DNA of 64,000 nt from a virus: the IMG/VR virus record IMGVR_UViG_3300025910_000007, positions 1 through 64,000 of that record; one strand, given 5' to 3'. Below, piece by piece: positions 1 to 9,745 of this stretch (the first letter of the stretch is position 1; the number at the start of each line of letters is the position of its first letter). Under the pieces are notes generated by a model that was not told the DNA's origin, ran no database searches, and worked only from the letters and a program-made list of their open reading frames with translations. Made by a program: the position numbers and the translations under genes.

Positions 1-16
1 GCCCTCCGATGGCGTA

Positions 17-964
17 GTGCTGGAAAATGCCTTTGCAGAAACGTTGCTGTTTACTTGCACTGATGATTCCTACGATGGTAATGCGACTGCCGGGCAGGAA
101 CCGTTCATCGCAACCGGAACGGGCAGTCAGGGCGATCTGTTCGCGTTCAACTGGCCGCTCGGCTCCAACGCACGGGCCAATGTTACGGTCATTGATGGAA
201 CAAAAAACAACTCAGCGAACAACCTGCTGACCAATTCAGGATTCGATACATTCTCTGGCAATGTCCCATCGAACTGGGAATTGACCCTCGGGACAGCGGG
301 AACGAATGTCTCGCAGGAAACGGGGCTAGTCTTTGGTAGTGGCAGTGCTTTGAAGTTGACGGGAGATGGCTCCGGGACGCTGACAACGCTGCGACAGAAG
401 TTCAACGATTCTTCAGTCGGAACTGCTGGTGCTTTTGATGCATTGACGCAGGGCGGATTCAATATCTGGCTGCGGCGGGATGGTGTGGTCGCTGGTGCGG
501 GGCAGTTGACAGTTGAATTGGTAGACGCTTCCGGTGCCGTGGTCAAAGACGCAGCTGGAAACAACAATGCGTTCACGATTGATCTAACAGCCTTGACGAC
601 GCAGTACGCCGCTTATAGTGGGGCGTTCCGCACTCCGCTGGTAATGCCGTCTGCTCTCTATCTCAATTTGCGCTTGAGCGTTGCCTTGACCAATGGTCGC
701 AGTGTTTATCTGGATCGTGGCGGGCTGGGACTGATGACGCAGGTAGGCATCGGTGAGCCCTACGTTGCGGTATTCGGTGGCTCTGTGCCGTTCGCAGCTG
801 GAGATTATGCGACAGCAGTCATCACCAATTCACGCGGCGCTGCTGGATCGTTGAGTACCTTCCAGACGCTATGGTGGCAGTTGTTCGCAGACGCTCGGGC
901 GAATGAATTGCTGTTGCCATCATCAGCAACACCATCTATCCCGGACACGCTAATCACGTCGTAA
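17..964 (+). CDS. virion structural/tail-associated protein (may begin upstream of the window)
   Basis: 315-aa G/T/S/A-rich ORF with an NLLTNSGF CBM-like motif; abuts the tail gene. Confidence 0.55.
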   Translation: MLENAFAETLLFTCTDDSYDGNATAGQEPFIATGTGSQGDLFAFNWPLGSNARANVTVIDGTKNNSANNLLTNSGFDTFSGNVPSNWELTLGTAGTNVSQETGLVFGSGSALKLTGDGSGTLTTLRQKFNDSSVGTAGAFDALTQGGFNIWLRRDGVVAGAGQLTVELVDASGAVVKDAAGNNNAFTIDLTALTTQYAAYSGAFRTPLVMPSALYLNLRLSVALTNGRSVYLDRGGLGLMTQVGIGEPYVAVFGGSVPFAAGDYATAVITNSRGAAGSLSTFQTLWWQLFADARANELLLPSSATPSIPDTLITS

Positions 965-965
965 C

Positions 966-3900
966 ATGGCAACAGAGCCCACCTACCTCTTGACGTTCGC
1001 CAATGTACCTTTCGTTGCCGATCAAGCGCAGCGCATTGGGCGGGAATCCCCCAACAAAAACACACGCAAGTATCGCACCGACGGCGATCCGCTAGAAGAA
1101 CTGGAACGGGTTGCGCCGACGTCTTACGCACGCGATTACGTTTACCCCGGTGTTGATCCAACTCCAGAAGCGAATTGCCTGCCTGACAGCGGTCGCGCTG
1201 ATCCGCCGTCTACCTGTCCTTACTATGGTGAGTGGTACTACCCGCCCGGCGCCAGGAGATGGTCTGTCTTTCGTGGGCTGGCAACGTCGTCCGAAGTACA
1301 GGAGATGCTATCGGCGACCAGCGGTAATTCGCCGTCGGCATTCACCATGAAGGTATTCCCTCCTGAACTGGGTGAGGGACTGACTGAAGCGGATTACACG
1401 TTGTCGTCGAGTATGTACATGCTCCCGCCGCGCCCATTGGCGGAACATGGTGGAGACGAACCAGCAGACGGTCTGTTTGTGGTGACGTTGGTCGACGAAC
1501 GGTACTGGTGGCAGGATACCCCAGTCACGCTGAACATCACCGCTACGACGACGTGGGCCAGTCTGGTCAGTACGATTGCGACGGCGTTGAACGCGCCCAT
1601 CACCATCTCGGGAACGGTCGCAGCCGCTTACCTGACGCCAGAAGCCGATTCGCAGCTATGGTCATTTGCTGGGGATGCTGCGCAGTTACTGGATGCCATC
1701 GCCGCGAACATCGGCCGCGTAGTGGTACGCAAACTCAACGGCACTTACACGCTGGAAACAGCAACGGTTTCTTCGGGGCTGGTTAACAGCAATCGCGGGC
1801 TGGCGTCTTCCGTTGTTCGTGCAGCAGGTGGCAGTTTCTTCGACAACTCTACCAAGATGTTGTCGGGCGATTTGCGTCCTGCTCGCAATGCGGTGATCCC
1901 GGCCAACGTTGTCGTTGCGTTCCCCAAGTACGTCACGGCTGATCCCATTCCGCACTTTCTGAATCCGCGCTATGCCAGCCCGCGGCCATCCGCGCAGTAT
2001 GAAGGCGGATTGGCAGACGTTCACAAAATTACCGTCAGCATCGGCTCGCTCAGTACGTTGATTAATGGGCTGTCCGGCGTTGCTATTGGGCAGCATGTCA
2101 TTCATGACACGGCCAAGGCAACCTATGCGACGGAAACGGCTGCTACCGGCAGTCCGACAAATCTGAGTATGCTGCAATCCCTGGCAGAACAAGTTGCTAC
2201 GGACTACTACGACTGGAAGATGGCGCAGGGGCTGGATGAAACCTATCCCGGTACGTTCGCCTGGGAACCGGAAGGTTTTCATGACATTATCTGGACCTAT
2301 TCCGACAAACGGCAAGGCGGCTTTACTCGCGTTGTCCGGGCCGGCTGGAATGACCCGCCGCAGCATCTCCAGCACAGTTCAGGTGCGGTCAAGGGCGTCG
2401 GTGGTTATTCCGTTGCCCAGACGATTCGTGATAGTGCCGCCGCCGTTGTATCAACCACGTTGACTGCCGGAGTGGATGCCACGGCATTGTCTTTCACGGT
2501 GGCCGACGTCAATCATTTGCCCACACGCAACCGCTGGAAAGGACAGGTTGGTAACGAGATCATCCTGTTTGAGGGAACGGCCGGCTCATCGACATTGACT
2601 GCGGTGCAACGCGGTGCTGATGGTACGACAGCGGCTGCACATGCGAGCGGAACGCTGACATGGTCCGTTCCCGATACGACGTATGGCGTCAACCTTGTTA
2701 CGTTCGAGCAGGGGATGTTTGCGTTCCCTTCTGATTTCAAGGCAGGAGGTATTCAGGGCGTTACCATCGTTCCACAAACGCAAACAGTGATGGCGACGTC
2801 CGCTACTGCGCAGACTGTAGGATCACTGAGTGTTTTTCCCGGTAGAGTTATCCGCTATGACGAGAACAACAATGGAACGCTGGGCGAAGCAATCTGGCTC
2901 GTTGAACGCAACACCGGGACGCTGACAATCAGCCGTGAATACGACGGGCAGCTAATTGGTTTCAGTTCGGCCCCTGCGCTGCCCGTCTACCTTGTCAATG
3001 ATCCTGTTGGCGATCCATCGTTCCCGTCTACCATCACGAACATCGTCAACAATACCATCATCAACGTTTCCGCGGTGCCATTGACCCGTTCGTTGACGAC
3101 GTACAGCCCAATGAGCATCGACGGTGTCTTTGGCGGAACCAAGGATTTGTCGCAGGATCGTTCATTGGGCGTTGGCGGCTTGACGGGCTTCGGACAGGGG
3201 AATGATCTGGTAGGGATGCTGCCCGGTCCCGTACAGGGCTGGGAATACAAGACAGCGAAAGGACAGGGGGCCACATCCGTCACGTTCGGCGTTGGCACTA
3301 TGCTGATTACCAGCACCGACGAAAACATCAAGGTTACGGCAGCCGATACCACCGCAGGAAAGCTGAGCAACAAGACCGCCGCGGGGACAGGTATCACGCT
3401 CGCAGTCCTGAATCCGGGCGCCAACGAAAAACTTCAGATCAGTGCTACCGACAACGTCTACAGCGGTGTCCGTTCGTACAAGTGCGTCAATCAGGATGTT
3501 ACGGCAGGGACGGCCGCTACCGTACTTTTTGAGCGCGACGATAATGATACAGCGAGCTATCATTCGACGGCGGCACTGGCGGATACCTTCACTTTTCCGG
3601 CAGCCGGTGTTCATGCTGCTGGCGGTACGGTCACGGTGCAGGTGCCCACGGGCGGCGCAACGTTGGTGGAACTGGAACTACAACTGAACGGCGGCAACAC
3701 GATCCTCGACTATGACCGTTTGGAAGCGGCCATCGGTGCCAGCGCCTACGTCACGTTGAAGGTCAATAGCGGACCGTGGAATTTCGCGCAAGATGATTTC
3801 GTGCGGGCACGTGTCAAGATTACTGGCAGTGGCGCCGCGTTGGTCATGGCTGCCGATCCGGCCAATTCCACATCGCAATGGAGCAACTTCTGGGCCTATC

Positions 3901-4982
3901 GTCTGGGGCCAACGGCGTCCGGTGCGGAAGCGTCTGGGGACTGTCCCAATCTGTTGTGGTGGTGCATCTACAACATCCCCGTACCGTATCCGTTCTACGG
4001 CACGAAGGCGGAAGCAACGACAGAAGCAGCACGTGTTGGTGGCAACGTTACCGGCGGCGTTACCGATCTGGCGACGTTGGTTTGCGGCACTACTACCAGT
4101 GCCTGCCTGATCGTCTCCCCATGCTGCAAGGATGGGGCGCCGCGTACCATCAATCTGGTGGTGACAAATTGCGCTGGCGGGAACGGGACGTTGACGTTGG
4201 TCTACTTCCCGACGCTGGGATTCTGGTATGGAACGGGAACGCTGGGCAGCAAAGCATACGTGGTCCGCCTGAACTGCGTCAGCGTCACTGGCGGCGGTTA
4301 CACGTGGGACAGTTTGGTCAACATCGACAATACCGTCTATCGGCTGGACGCTTCGGTACTGACCAGTGCTGTCTGCGCCCCGTTCTCTGTCATCTTCACG
4401 CGGACGATCACCGATTGTGCTGGGGCCTCGGTAACGTTCACGTTCACTGCACCGCCTTGCGATGACGTTAAACGTATCTGGTGCCTGCGTACATCGCCGG
4501 CGCAGTGTTATACGGGCACTGAGGCTGAAGCAGTCGCTCAGGCGACGTTGTTGGGTGTTCTCAAATCCGGACCGTATGCAACTGCGGAATTGTGCCAGAA
4601 CGATAATTGCCCGCCGGGAACACCTGTCACGACTGCCTGCTGTCCGGGGCAGCCTACCCCGCAAACGTTGTTTGCGACGTTCTCGCTGGGAACGGGAGCA
4701 TGCAGCTGCGCCAACGCGGTCGCTGTCACGCTGACGTACAACGCAGTGACTGATAAATGGGAAGGTTCGGGGAATCTGTGCGGTGAGGCGGTTACTTATC
4801 AGTTCTGGTGCTACAGTGCCCCCAGCTGGGCGTTCGCCATTGTCAGTTCCTGCGGAACGAACACGACGACGAACATAGCAAGTTCATGCAGTCCGTTCTC
4901 GTGGTCGTTCTCGATGCCAGTATCCTGCGACATTGGTACTTGCCCATTCGGTGACTCGTTCACCATCGTTGTGACGGAATAA
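966..4982 (+). CDS. large tail/tail-fibre-like protein with Cys-rich C-terminus
   Basis: 1338-aa beta-rich ORF; TLTAVQRGADGTTAAAH tail-type motif; C-terminal ~350 aa has many Cys and a duplicated CC..G.P.T module. Confidence 0.6.
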   Translation: MATEPTYLLTFANVPFVADQAQRIGRESPNKNTRKYRTDGDPLEELERVAPTSYARDYVYPGVDPTPEANCLPDSGRADPPSTCPYYGEWYYPPGARRWSVFRGLATSSEVQEMLSATSGNSPSAFTMKVFPPELGEGLTEADYTLSSSMYMLPPRPLAEHGGDEPADGLFVVTLVDERYWWQDTPVTLNITATTTWASLVSTIATALNAPITISGTVAAAYLTPEADSQLWSFAGDAAQLLDAIAANIGRVVVRKLNGTYTLETATVSSGLVNSNRGLASSVVRAAGGSFFDNSTKMLSGDLRPARNAVIPANVVVAFPKYVTADPIPHFLNPRYASPRPSAQYEGGLADVHKITVSIGSLSTLINGLSGVAIGQHVIHDTAKATYATETAATGSPTNLSMLQSLAEQVATDYYDWKMAQGLDETYPGTFAWEPEGFHDIIWTYSDKRQGGFTRVVRAGWNDPPQHLQHSSGAVKGVGGYSVAQTIRDSAAAVVSTTLTAGVDATALSFTVADVNHLPTRNRWKGQVGNEIILFEGTAGSSTLTAVQRGADGTTAAAHASGTLTWSVPDTTYGVNLVTFEQGMFAFPSDFKAGGIQGVTIVPQTQTVMATSATAQTVGSLSVFPGRVIRYDENNNGTLGEAIWLVERNTGTLTISREYDGQLIGFSSAPALPVYLVNDPVGDPSFPSTITNIVNNTIINVSAVPLTRSLTTYSPMSIDGVFGGTKDLSQDRSLGVGGLTGFGQGNDLVGMLPGPVQGWEYKTAKGQGATSVTFGVGTMLITSTDENIKVTAADTTAGKLSNKTAAGTGITLAVLNPGANEKLQISATDNVYSGVRSYKCVNQDVTAGTAATVLFERDDNDTASYHSTAALADTFTFPAAGVHAAGGTVTVQVPTGGATLVELELQLNGGNTILDYDRLEAAIGASAYVTLKVNSGPWNFAQDDFVRARVKITGSGAALVMAADPANSTSQWSNFWAYRLGPTASGAEASGDCPNLLWWCIYNIPVPYPFYGTKAEATTEAARVGGNVTGGVTDLATLVCGTTTSACLIVSPCCKDGAPRTINLVVTNCAGGNGTLTLVYFPTLGFWYGTGTLGSKAYVVRLNCVSVTGGGYTWDSLVNIDNTVYRLDASVLTSAVCAPFSVIFTRTITDCAGASVTFTFTAPPCDDVKRIWCLRTSPAQCYTGTEAEAVAQATLLGVLKSGPYATAELCQNDNCPPGTPVTTACCPGQPTPQTLFATFSLGTGACSCANAVAVTLTYNAVTDKWEGSGNLCGEAVTYQFWCYSAPSWAFAIVSSCGTNTTTNIASSCSPFSWSFSMPVSCDIGTCPFGDSFTIVVTE

Positions 4983-4983
4983 C

Positions 4984-5322
4984 ATGGACCGGCCTTGCAC
5001 TTGTGATCGCGACGACTGCCGGCCATGTTGGCTATACCATAACGATCTGCGCTATCACAGGCTGTGGGGTGGAACGGAACCGACGTTATTGCAGAAAGCA
5101 GGTACGTTCTTCAAGGCGGCCGTCCGCCACGTTGCGGACGGCTTGAAAAATGTGAGCGAAGAGCAGTATCAACAACGGCTAGCGATCTGTACCGATTGCC
5201 CTGAGTATGAACCGAGCAATACCCACTGCCGCAAATGCGGCTGCGTCATCGCTGGCAATGTGCTGGCGAAGGCCCGTTGGAAAAGTGAAGATTGCCCAAT
5301 TGGACGCTGGCCTAATGTTTGA
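4984..5322 (+). CDS. Cys-rich small protein (DUF6171-like)
   Basis: YQQRLAICTDC...CRKCGC...KARW...CPIGRW motif. Confidence 0.6.
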   Translation: MDRPCTCDRDDCRPCWLYHNDLRYHRLWGGTEPTLLQKAGTFFKAAVRHVADGLKNVSEEQYQQRLAICTDCPEYEPSNTHCRKCGCVIAGNVLAKARWKSEDCPIGRWPNV

Positions 5323-5734
5323 TCTTGGCGATCATCTGCGGATCACCGAAGAACCACATATCGCCAATCTGGCAGACCCGCTGCCGGTTTACGGGTTCGT
5401 TCAGTTCTGCATCATCGACGGGGGGCAGGGGGCTGACGTGAATGATCCCGTCCCATTCCGCCATCCGATCAGGATTGCGCGACAGCTTGCCGATGTTTTC
5501 GGTGTTGGCTCGTTCGGGGTCGATCAGGTAGCCTTCAAACGGAAATTCAGCACCTCGGCCGGTGATGACGCGAACCTGCAATCCCGATTCGCTGGCCAAT
5601 CGCGCCGCCGAACAAACGCACCGCGGCGTACTTCCGCTGCTGTGCCCTGCAACATTCGGCAGGAGATAGCTGGCAAAGGCTCCAGCAGCAAACGACAACA
5701 GCACTGTCAGCCCCGTTTTTGTCCGCGTATTCAT
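5312..5734 (-). CDS. hypothetical protein with N-terminal hydrophobic/signal segment
   Basis: 140-aa ORF, GGAG RBS upstream, hydrophobic N-terminus. Confidence 0.5.
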   Translation of the reverse strand: MNTRTKTGLTVLLSFAAGAFASYLLPNVAGHSSGSTPRCVCSAARLASESGLQVRVITGRGAEFPFEGYLIDPERANTENIGKLSRNPDRMAEWDGIIHVSPLPPVDDAELNEPVNRQRVCQIGDMWFFGDPQMIAKIKH

Positions 5735-5822
5735 GACCGTCTCCCGTTAGAATAACAGCGGGAACGCCCCGCACCTGTAATACGCTAACAGGACGACGGT
5801 ATTTAGCGAAAGAGGTCCAGCC

Positions 5823-6155
5823 ATGCCAGTAACGAGTGACTTCAGACTTGATTTGTCCTCTGATGGCGTGGTAACGCTTCAGCTGGCACCGCCCAATGCC
5901 ATTGGTGGGTGGTCCCTTCAGTTCATCCTGTCCAAGGCGTTCGGCGGGACGGCGCAGGTAACGAAGAGCATGGCGTCCGGCTACTACAACGTTTCGGGCA
6001 TGAACATTGTCAATTCAGGGCAGGGCATCCTGTCGATCACGTTTCATCCGGCGGAAGTGAGCGGGCTGGATCAGGGGAACTACGCATACCAGATCAGCCG
6101 TCTGGACAGCGGGTATCAGTCCGATCTTGCTGACGGTTTCAGGATTGCCTACTAG
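5823..6155 (+). CDS. hypothetical beta-rich virion-associated protein
   Basis: 110-aa ORF with GAGG RBS. Confidence 0.5.
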   Translation: MPVTSDFRLDLSSDGVVTLQLAPPNAIGGWSLQFILSKAFGGTAQVTKSMASGYYNVSGMNIVNSGQGILSITFHPAEVSGLDQGNYAYQISRLDSGYQSDLADGFRIAY

Positions 6156-6167
6156 CGGAGGTGAACT

Positions 6168-6533
6168 GTGGCACGCATAGTCACTATCAGCGAAGGGAAA
6201 GAGAAGCCACGGGGTCGCGCAGAAGCGACTACTGCCCCTGGCAATCGCGTTGACCATCGCCATCAGATCGGTGCAACGGACTGGCTGGATGCGAAGAAAT
6301 GGGTGTTGGTGAAAAGTAGCAATGTGTCAGGGTTGTACTATGACACCAGCGAACACAAACTCATGGTTGAATTTCTGACCAAAGACAAGCGACGGGGTGG
6401 TTCGGTGTACGAGTATTACAATGTGCCGCGCAATACCGCCCGCAGTCTCTTCAACGCCCCCTCAGTTGGCTCTGCTCTGGATCGTCTTGTCAAAAAGAAG
6501 GGCTACAGCTATCGTCAGATCAAGAAGGGGTAG
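6168..6533 (+). CDS. KTSC domain protein
   Basis: VKSSNVSGLYYD...LMVEF...YEYYNVP...LFNAPSVG matches the KTSC consensus; GGAGG RBS. Confidence 0.85.
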   Translation: MARIVTISEGKEKPRGRAEATTAPGNRVDHRHQIGATDWLDAKKWVLVKSSNVSGLYYDTSEHKLMVEFLTKDKRRGGSVYEYYNVPRNTARSLFNAPSVGSALDRLVKKKGYSYRQIKKG

Positions 6534-6551
6534 GGATACCCCGTCAGATAC

Positions 6552-6635
6552 GCCAGGATCGCGTACAACCGCGTGAGATACTGAAAACGACGCAAGGTAG
6601 CATGAAACCGCCTGAACGCGACCTGCGCAATCCTG
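6552..6635. repeat. dispersed ~84-bp element with inverted half-sites (copy A)
   Basis: GCCAGGATCGCGTA...CTGAACGCGACCTGCGCAATCCTG; 6612-6635 is the exact reverse complement of 52305-52328. Confidence 0.6.
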
Positions 6636-6693
6636 TAACGATTACGGGCATATCGCACTTTTCGCTTTGCTAGATTACCTATCTTACCCAACG

Positions 6694-6730
6694 AAAAATC
6701 CCCGGCGGGCATTATCCGTCCCGCCGGGGA
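6694..6730 (-). terminator. intrinsic terminator ending the DUF7873-like/ncRNA transcript
   Basis: minus strand TCCCCGGCGGG-10 nt-CCCGCCGGGGA followed by TTTTT. Confidence 0.8.
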
Positions 6731-7081
6731 CATATTTGAGGCCTGGGATTCTTGCCGATGGCCTACGGTTTCCGTTTAAGCCAGAAGTTCAGTTATCATT
6801 CCAGACGCTCTGCTATTGAGCTACCCCTTCGATTGGTTGGGCGGAGAGAAGGGGGATGGAATTGAACCATCATCTTCCGGGTAGTTCTCCTCTGGCGTTC
6901 GATTAGGCCAACAGACCTCGGTTTTCAGCCTGAAGTGATAGCCTCATTCTTACGTGCCCAGCCGCTGTCTCTTCCGGTTGGACTACCCCCGCCAATTCAG
7001 GAATGCGGGGGGCAGGGGTCGAACCTGCACTGGAGCGGGACAGGCCATCAGTCTGAGTCTGACACTAAGGCTGCACTTCGC
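6731..7081 (-). ncRNA. structured ncRNA with two circularly permuted tRNA-like domains (6962-7038 and 6801-6880)
   Basis: each domain reads T-arm (GCAGG-TTCGACC-CCTGC; GATGG-TTCAATT-CCATC), loop-closed 7-bp acceptor stem (CCCCCGC/GCGGGGG; CCCCTTC/GAAGGGG), D-arm, all closed by a 5-bp anticodon-like stem. Confidence 0.8.
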
Positions 7082-7813
7082 TCAATCAAAGATATGCTCG
7101 AACACCGCCTTTCCGATGCTAACAGGCGGGGCCTCGATACCGTTAGCCCCTTCCCGCGCCTTGACAATCGCTTCATGCAGAATACGGGCACGGGACAGCA
7201 GTTCGTTCTTTTGCTTGGCAGGCACGGCACCGGAAAATTTGATCGTCTTCCAGTAGCCGGCCAGCACGTCTTCATGGAACGTCTCGACCTGTGCCGGGTG
7301 TTCCTTGGTGGCTTCGTACTTGACGAACGCCTTGGGCACCTTTTTGGTGCGCGTCGTTTCTGTGGGGGCGGTCGCGTAATGGTCCGCAGCTTCGTTGTAG
7401 CTCCACGTCTCCGCCGAATCCAGCACCGGCAATTTGCTGATGAACGTTTCGATGTCCTTGAGCTGCTTCTCAAGAAACAGCAGATGCGTGACGGGGACGT
7501 TTGGCAGCACGATGGCTCCATCAACCACAATATCCGCTCTGGCGACGCAATTGGCATAGTCCTGCGTCGCAATCACATCGAACATCTCCGTCATGGCGAC
7601 ACGTACTTCGGCGACCAGATCGCTGACCTTGACCTGAATGGCCTTGGCTTCTGGCGGCAGCTTTTCGCCGTCTTCGTCCTTGGGCTGATAAGTCCGACTG
7701 ATGCCGTCGAACAGCGCCGTCTTCTGGATCTTGTGGTACGCTTCAGTGATCGTTGCAGCCGCCTTGGCTTTCTTTGATGCTACGACTGCGATGACTTGGT
7801 TGAGCTTGCCCAT
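7082..7813 (-). CDS. conserved protein of unknown function (DUF7873-like, assigned from memory)
   Basis: KLNQVIAV...GISRTYQPKDEDGEKLPPE...LLFLEKQL...RTKKVP...EATKEHPAQV...KFSGA motifs; start moved to ATG 7813 after an AAGGAG RBS. Confidence 0.75.
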   Translation of the reverse strand: MGKLNQVIAVVASKKAKAAATITEAYHKIQKTALFDGISRTYQPKDEDGEKLPPEAKAIQVKVSDLVAEVRVAMTEMFDVIATQDYANCVARADIVVDGAIVLPNVPVTHLLFLEKQLKDIETFISKLPVLDSAETWSYNEAADHYATAPTETTRTKKVPKAFVKYEATKEHPAQVETFHEDVLAGYWKTIKFSGAVPAKQKNELLSRARILHEAIVKAREGANGIEAPPVSIGKAVFEHIFD

Positions 7814-7872
7814 GTCCGTCTCCTTCAACTTGATGGTTCAGCCTTACCGATCAGTATACCCCGTGCTCAGAC

Positions 7873-8367
7873 TCACTTTACAGCGCCGGCTTTCTTCAGC
7901 AGTTTGAATACATCCCAGCACAGCTTCTCAGCTGTTTCACCGATGCCAATAGCCTTTGATTCGCGATTGCCCGCTACCATCAGAGTGACACGCCCCTTCT
8001 TCCCCGTCGTTACTTTCTGAAACCAGCGTACTATTTCCGCTGGATCAGTAACGCCCGGCAAGGCACAATACACATCGCGGCGAAAATCCTGCGCTAATTG
8101 CAGCGTCAGTTTACCGCCGGGCGACTGACAATCACCAATCCAGAGCACCAGATCGGCGTCCTCAACGTTTGATTGCGTGCGGGATGGGTAGCCGCTGTAA
8201 GGGCATTCGACCAGATTGTACCGTTTCAGCAGTTCCGATGCTGGCCCATCTTCGGTTATCCAGCCCTTCGGCGCCCAACCGCCTGTCTTCAGTCCGCAGG
8301 CAACGGCAGCACGCAAACCAGCCTGATCGGCTCCTGTCTGTCCACCGCTGATGATCTTGAGTTTCAT
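7873..8367 (-). CDS. SLOG/putative molybdenum-carrier family protein
   Basis: KIISGGQTGADQAGL...TGGWAPKGW...YPSRT..NV..AD...VAGNRES. Confidence 0.8.
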   Translation of the reverse strand: MKLKIISGGQTGADQAGLRAAVACGLKTGGWAPKGWITEDGPASELLKRYNLVECPYSGYPSRTQSNVEDADLVLWIGDCQSPGGKLTLQLAQDFRRDVYCALPGVTDPAEIVRWFQKVTTGKKGRVTLMVAGNRESKAIGIGETAEKLCWDVFKLLKKAGAVK

Positions 8368-8618
8368 GATGTTTCGTCGATGGGGGCCGTTCGTTCACCG
8401 TAATGCCGAACCGTTTTCTCCAGATCGCTGAACATTGCGCCGCTGCTGGGCTGAATACGCTGACGGCAGTATTCCAGCAGATCGCACAGATGACCGGCCG
8501 CATCCTCATAGTACCCGTGTTCGAGGCAGTGCGCCAGTGCCTTGAGCTTTTCTTGCATGGTCAGGATAGGGATGCCCTGATCTGAGAATTTGTTCGGCAT
8601 GGTTTCAGGCCTCCCCAA
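8364..8618 (-). CDS. hypothetical protein
   Basis: ORF tiling the minus-strand operon. Confidence 0.45.
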   Translation of the reverse strand: MGRPETMPNKFSDQGIPILTMQEKLKALAHCLEHGYYEDAAGHLCDLLEYCRQRIQPSSGAMFSDLEKTVRHYGERTAPIDETS

Positions 8619-8830
8619 CCAATCGGAACGCGATTGCCCTGATCGTCGTAGTAGACGATGGCGAAGTTAGTATCGCTGTAGCCGTCCCATTCCAGTATCG
8701 GTTCAGCATAGCGGCGAACGGTTCTGCCATCGGTGCTGACGTAGTACCAGCAGAACCCGTCGCGAACAGCCTTCCAATCACCGCCAAGGACCACTTTCAA
8801 TTGTTCAGCGATGGGGCGTTTGCGTTTCAT
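8561..8830 (-). CDS. hypothetical protein
   Basis: ATG overlaps the upstream gene stop (ATGA). Confidence 0.5.
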   Translation of the reverse strand: MKRKRPIAEQLKVVLGGDWKAVRDGFCWYYVSTDGRTVRRYAEPILEWDGYSDTNFAIVYYDDQGNRVPIGWGGLKPCRTNSQIRASLS

Positions 8831-9303
8831 TCGTCCAGCATCGCAGCGGTGTTTTCCAGTATCCGTACCAATTGCGGTGACAGACTGAAGCGATCTGCAT
8901 TGTGGCGGATGCTTTTCAAAATGTTCCCGTCGTTGTGCCTCTCGCCGGCCGCCTTCCAATCGCAGAACATTTCCACCAAATCAACAAGGTTCATGTCGCT
9001 AACGCCTTCACGGTGGTGTTCAGGATGGTGACGATTTCGCGCGTAGTGATGGGCAAGCGCCGGTCCCAACGCTTTGCGGAACCCTTCGTATTCAGCACTG
9101 CCGTAGGTAGAGGTCGCCAACTTCGGGGTGAATTCAGTGAAAGCCTCGACTTCAGGACTGGACAACTTGCTCTGGTCATGCAATTCACTGCGTGACAGCA
9201 GCGCCTGAACGAAAAGATTCAACAAATTGCGGACACGTTCAATGTGTCGCATGGTTGCGTAGTTCGTCGCCTGTTGCTCAATCGTCAGCGCGTTTTCAGC
9301 CAT
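8827..9303 (-). CDS. DUF5662-like HD-related protein
   Basis: HI..V...HDQSKL...HHY..NRHHPEH...MNLVDLVEMFCDWKAA. Confidence 0.75.
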   Translation of the reverse strand: MAENALTIEQQATNYATMRHIERVRNLLNLFVQALLSRSELHDQSKLSSPEVEAFTEFTPKLATSTYGSAEYEGFRKALGPALAHHYARNRHHPEHHREGVSDMNLVDLVEMFCDWKAAGERHNDGNILKSIRHNADRFSLSPQLVRILENTAAMLDE

Positions 9304-9342
9304 TGGCAGTTTCCTTTGTTTGACGATAAGGGCGTTTGCGTT

Positions 9343-9744
9343 TCATCTTCCGTTGAGACGTTTTTCAACTGCGGCCAACTGATCGACCTGATTGATCCTG
9401 GGATACATCGCAGACAGGATGCTGTAGACGGCGTACTGAAGCTGCTGGAATTCTTCGGTTTCGGCGACGCTTTGGTTCCCTGCAACGCAACGTTCAGCCA
9501 ACGTAATGCGGCGGGGATTCAGCACCCGCAAGATGTCTTCCCCGACCGTCATGATCCACTGCTCTGCCTCAGTGATCTGCTTGTCTTCACGCTTGTTCTT
9601 GCCGCCCTGGATACGTTGCTCGATCCAATGTCGCACGGTGCTGGGCGATGTCCAGTCGCGTCCCAGCAGCACGAACAGCCATTCCGTGTCAGCAGCACGA
9701 TTCAAACAGCTTGTTGGATTCGCCAGCTCGTTGCACTTTTTCAT
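9343..9744 (-). CDS. hypothetical phage protein
   Basis: SCLNRA..E.LFVLLGRD motif typical of phage hypotheticals; GGAG RBS. Confidence 0.55.
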   Translation of the reverse strand: MKKCNELANPTSCLNRAADTEWLFVLLGRDWTSPSTVRHWIEQRIQGGKNKREDKQITEAEQWIMTVGEDILRVLNPRRITLAERCVAGNQSVAETEEFQQLQYAVYSILSAMYPRINQVDQLAAVEKRLNGR

Positions 9745-9745
9745 G

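Noticed and set aside
6801-7038. Canonical tRNA genes
   Set aside because: Arm order is permuted, the acceptor stem is loop-closed, and there is no anticodon loop or CCA.
7867-7875. 9-nt inverted match (TCAGACTCA) between the DUF7873-like upstream region and the 5' part of the ncRNA
   Set aside because: Too short to distinguish from chance without comparative data.
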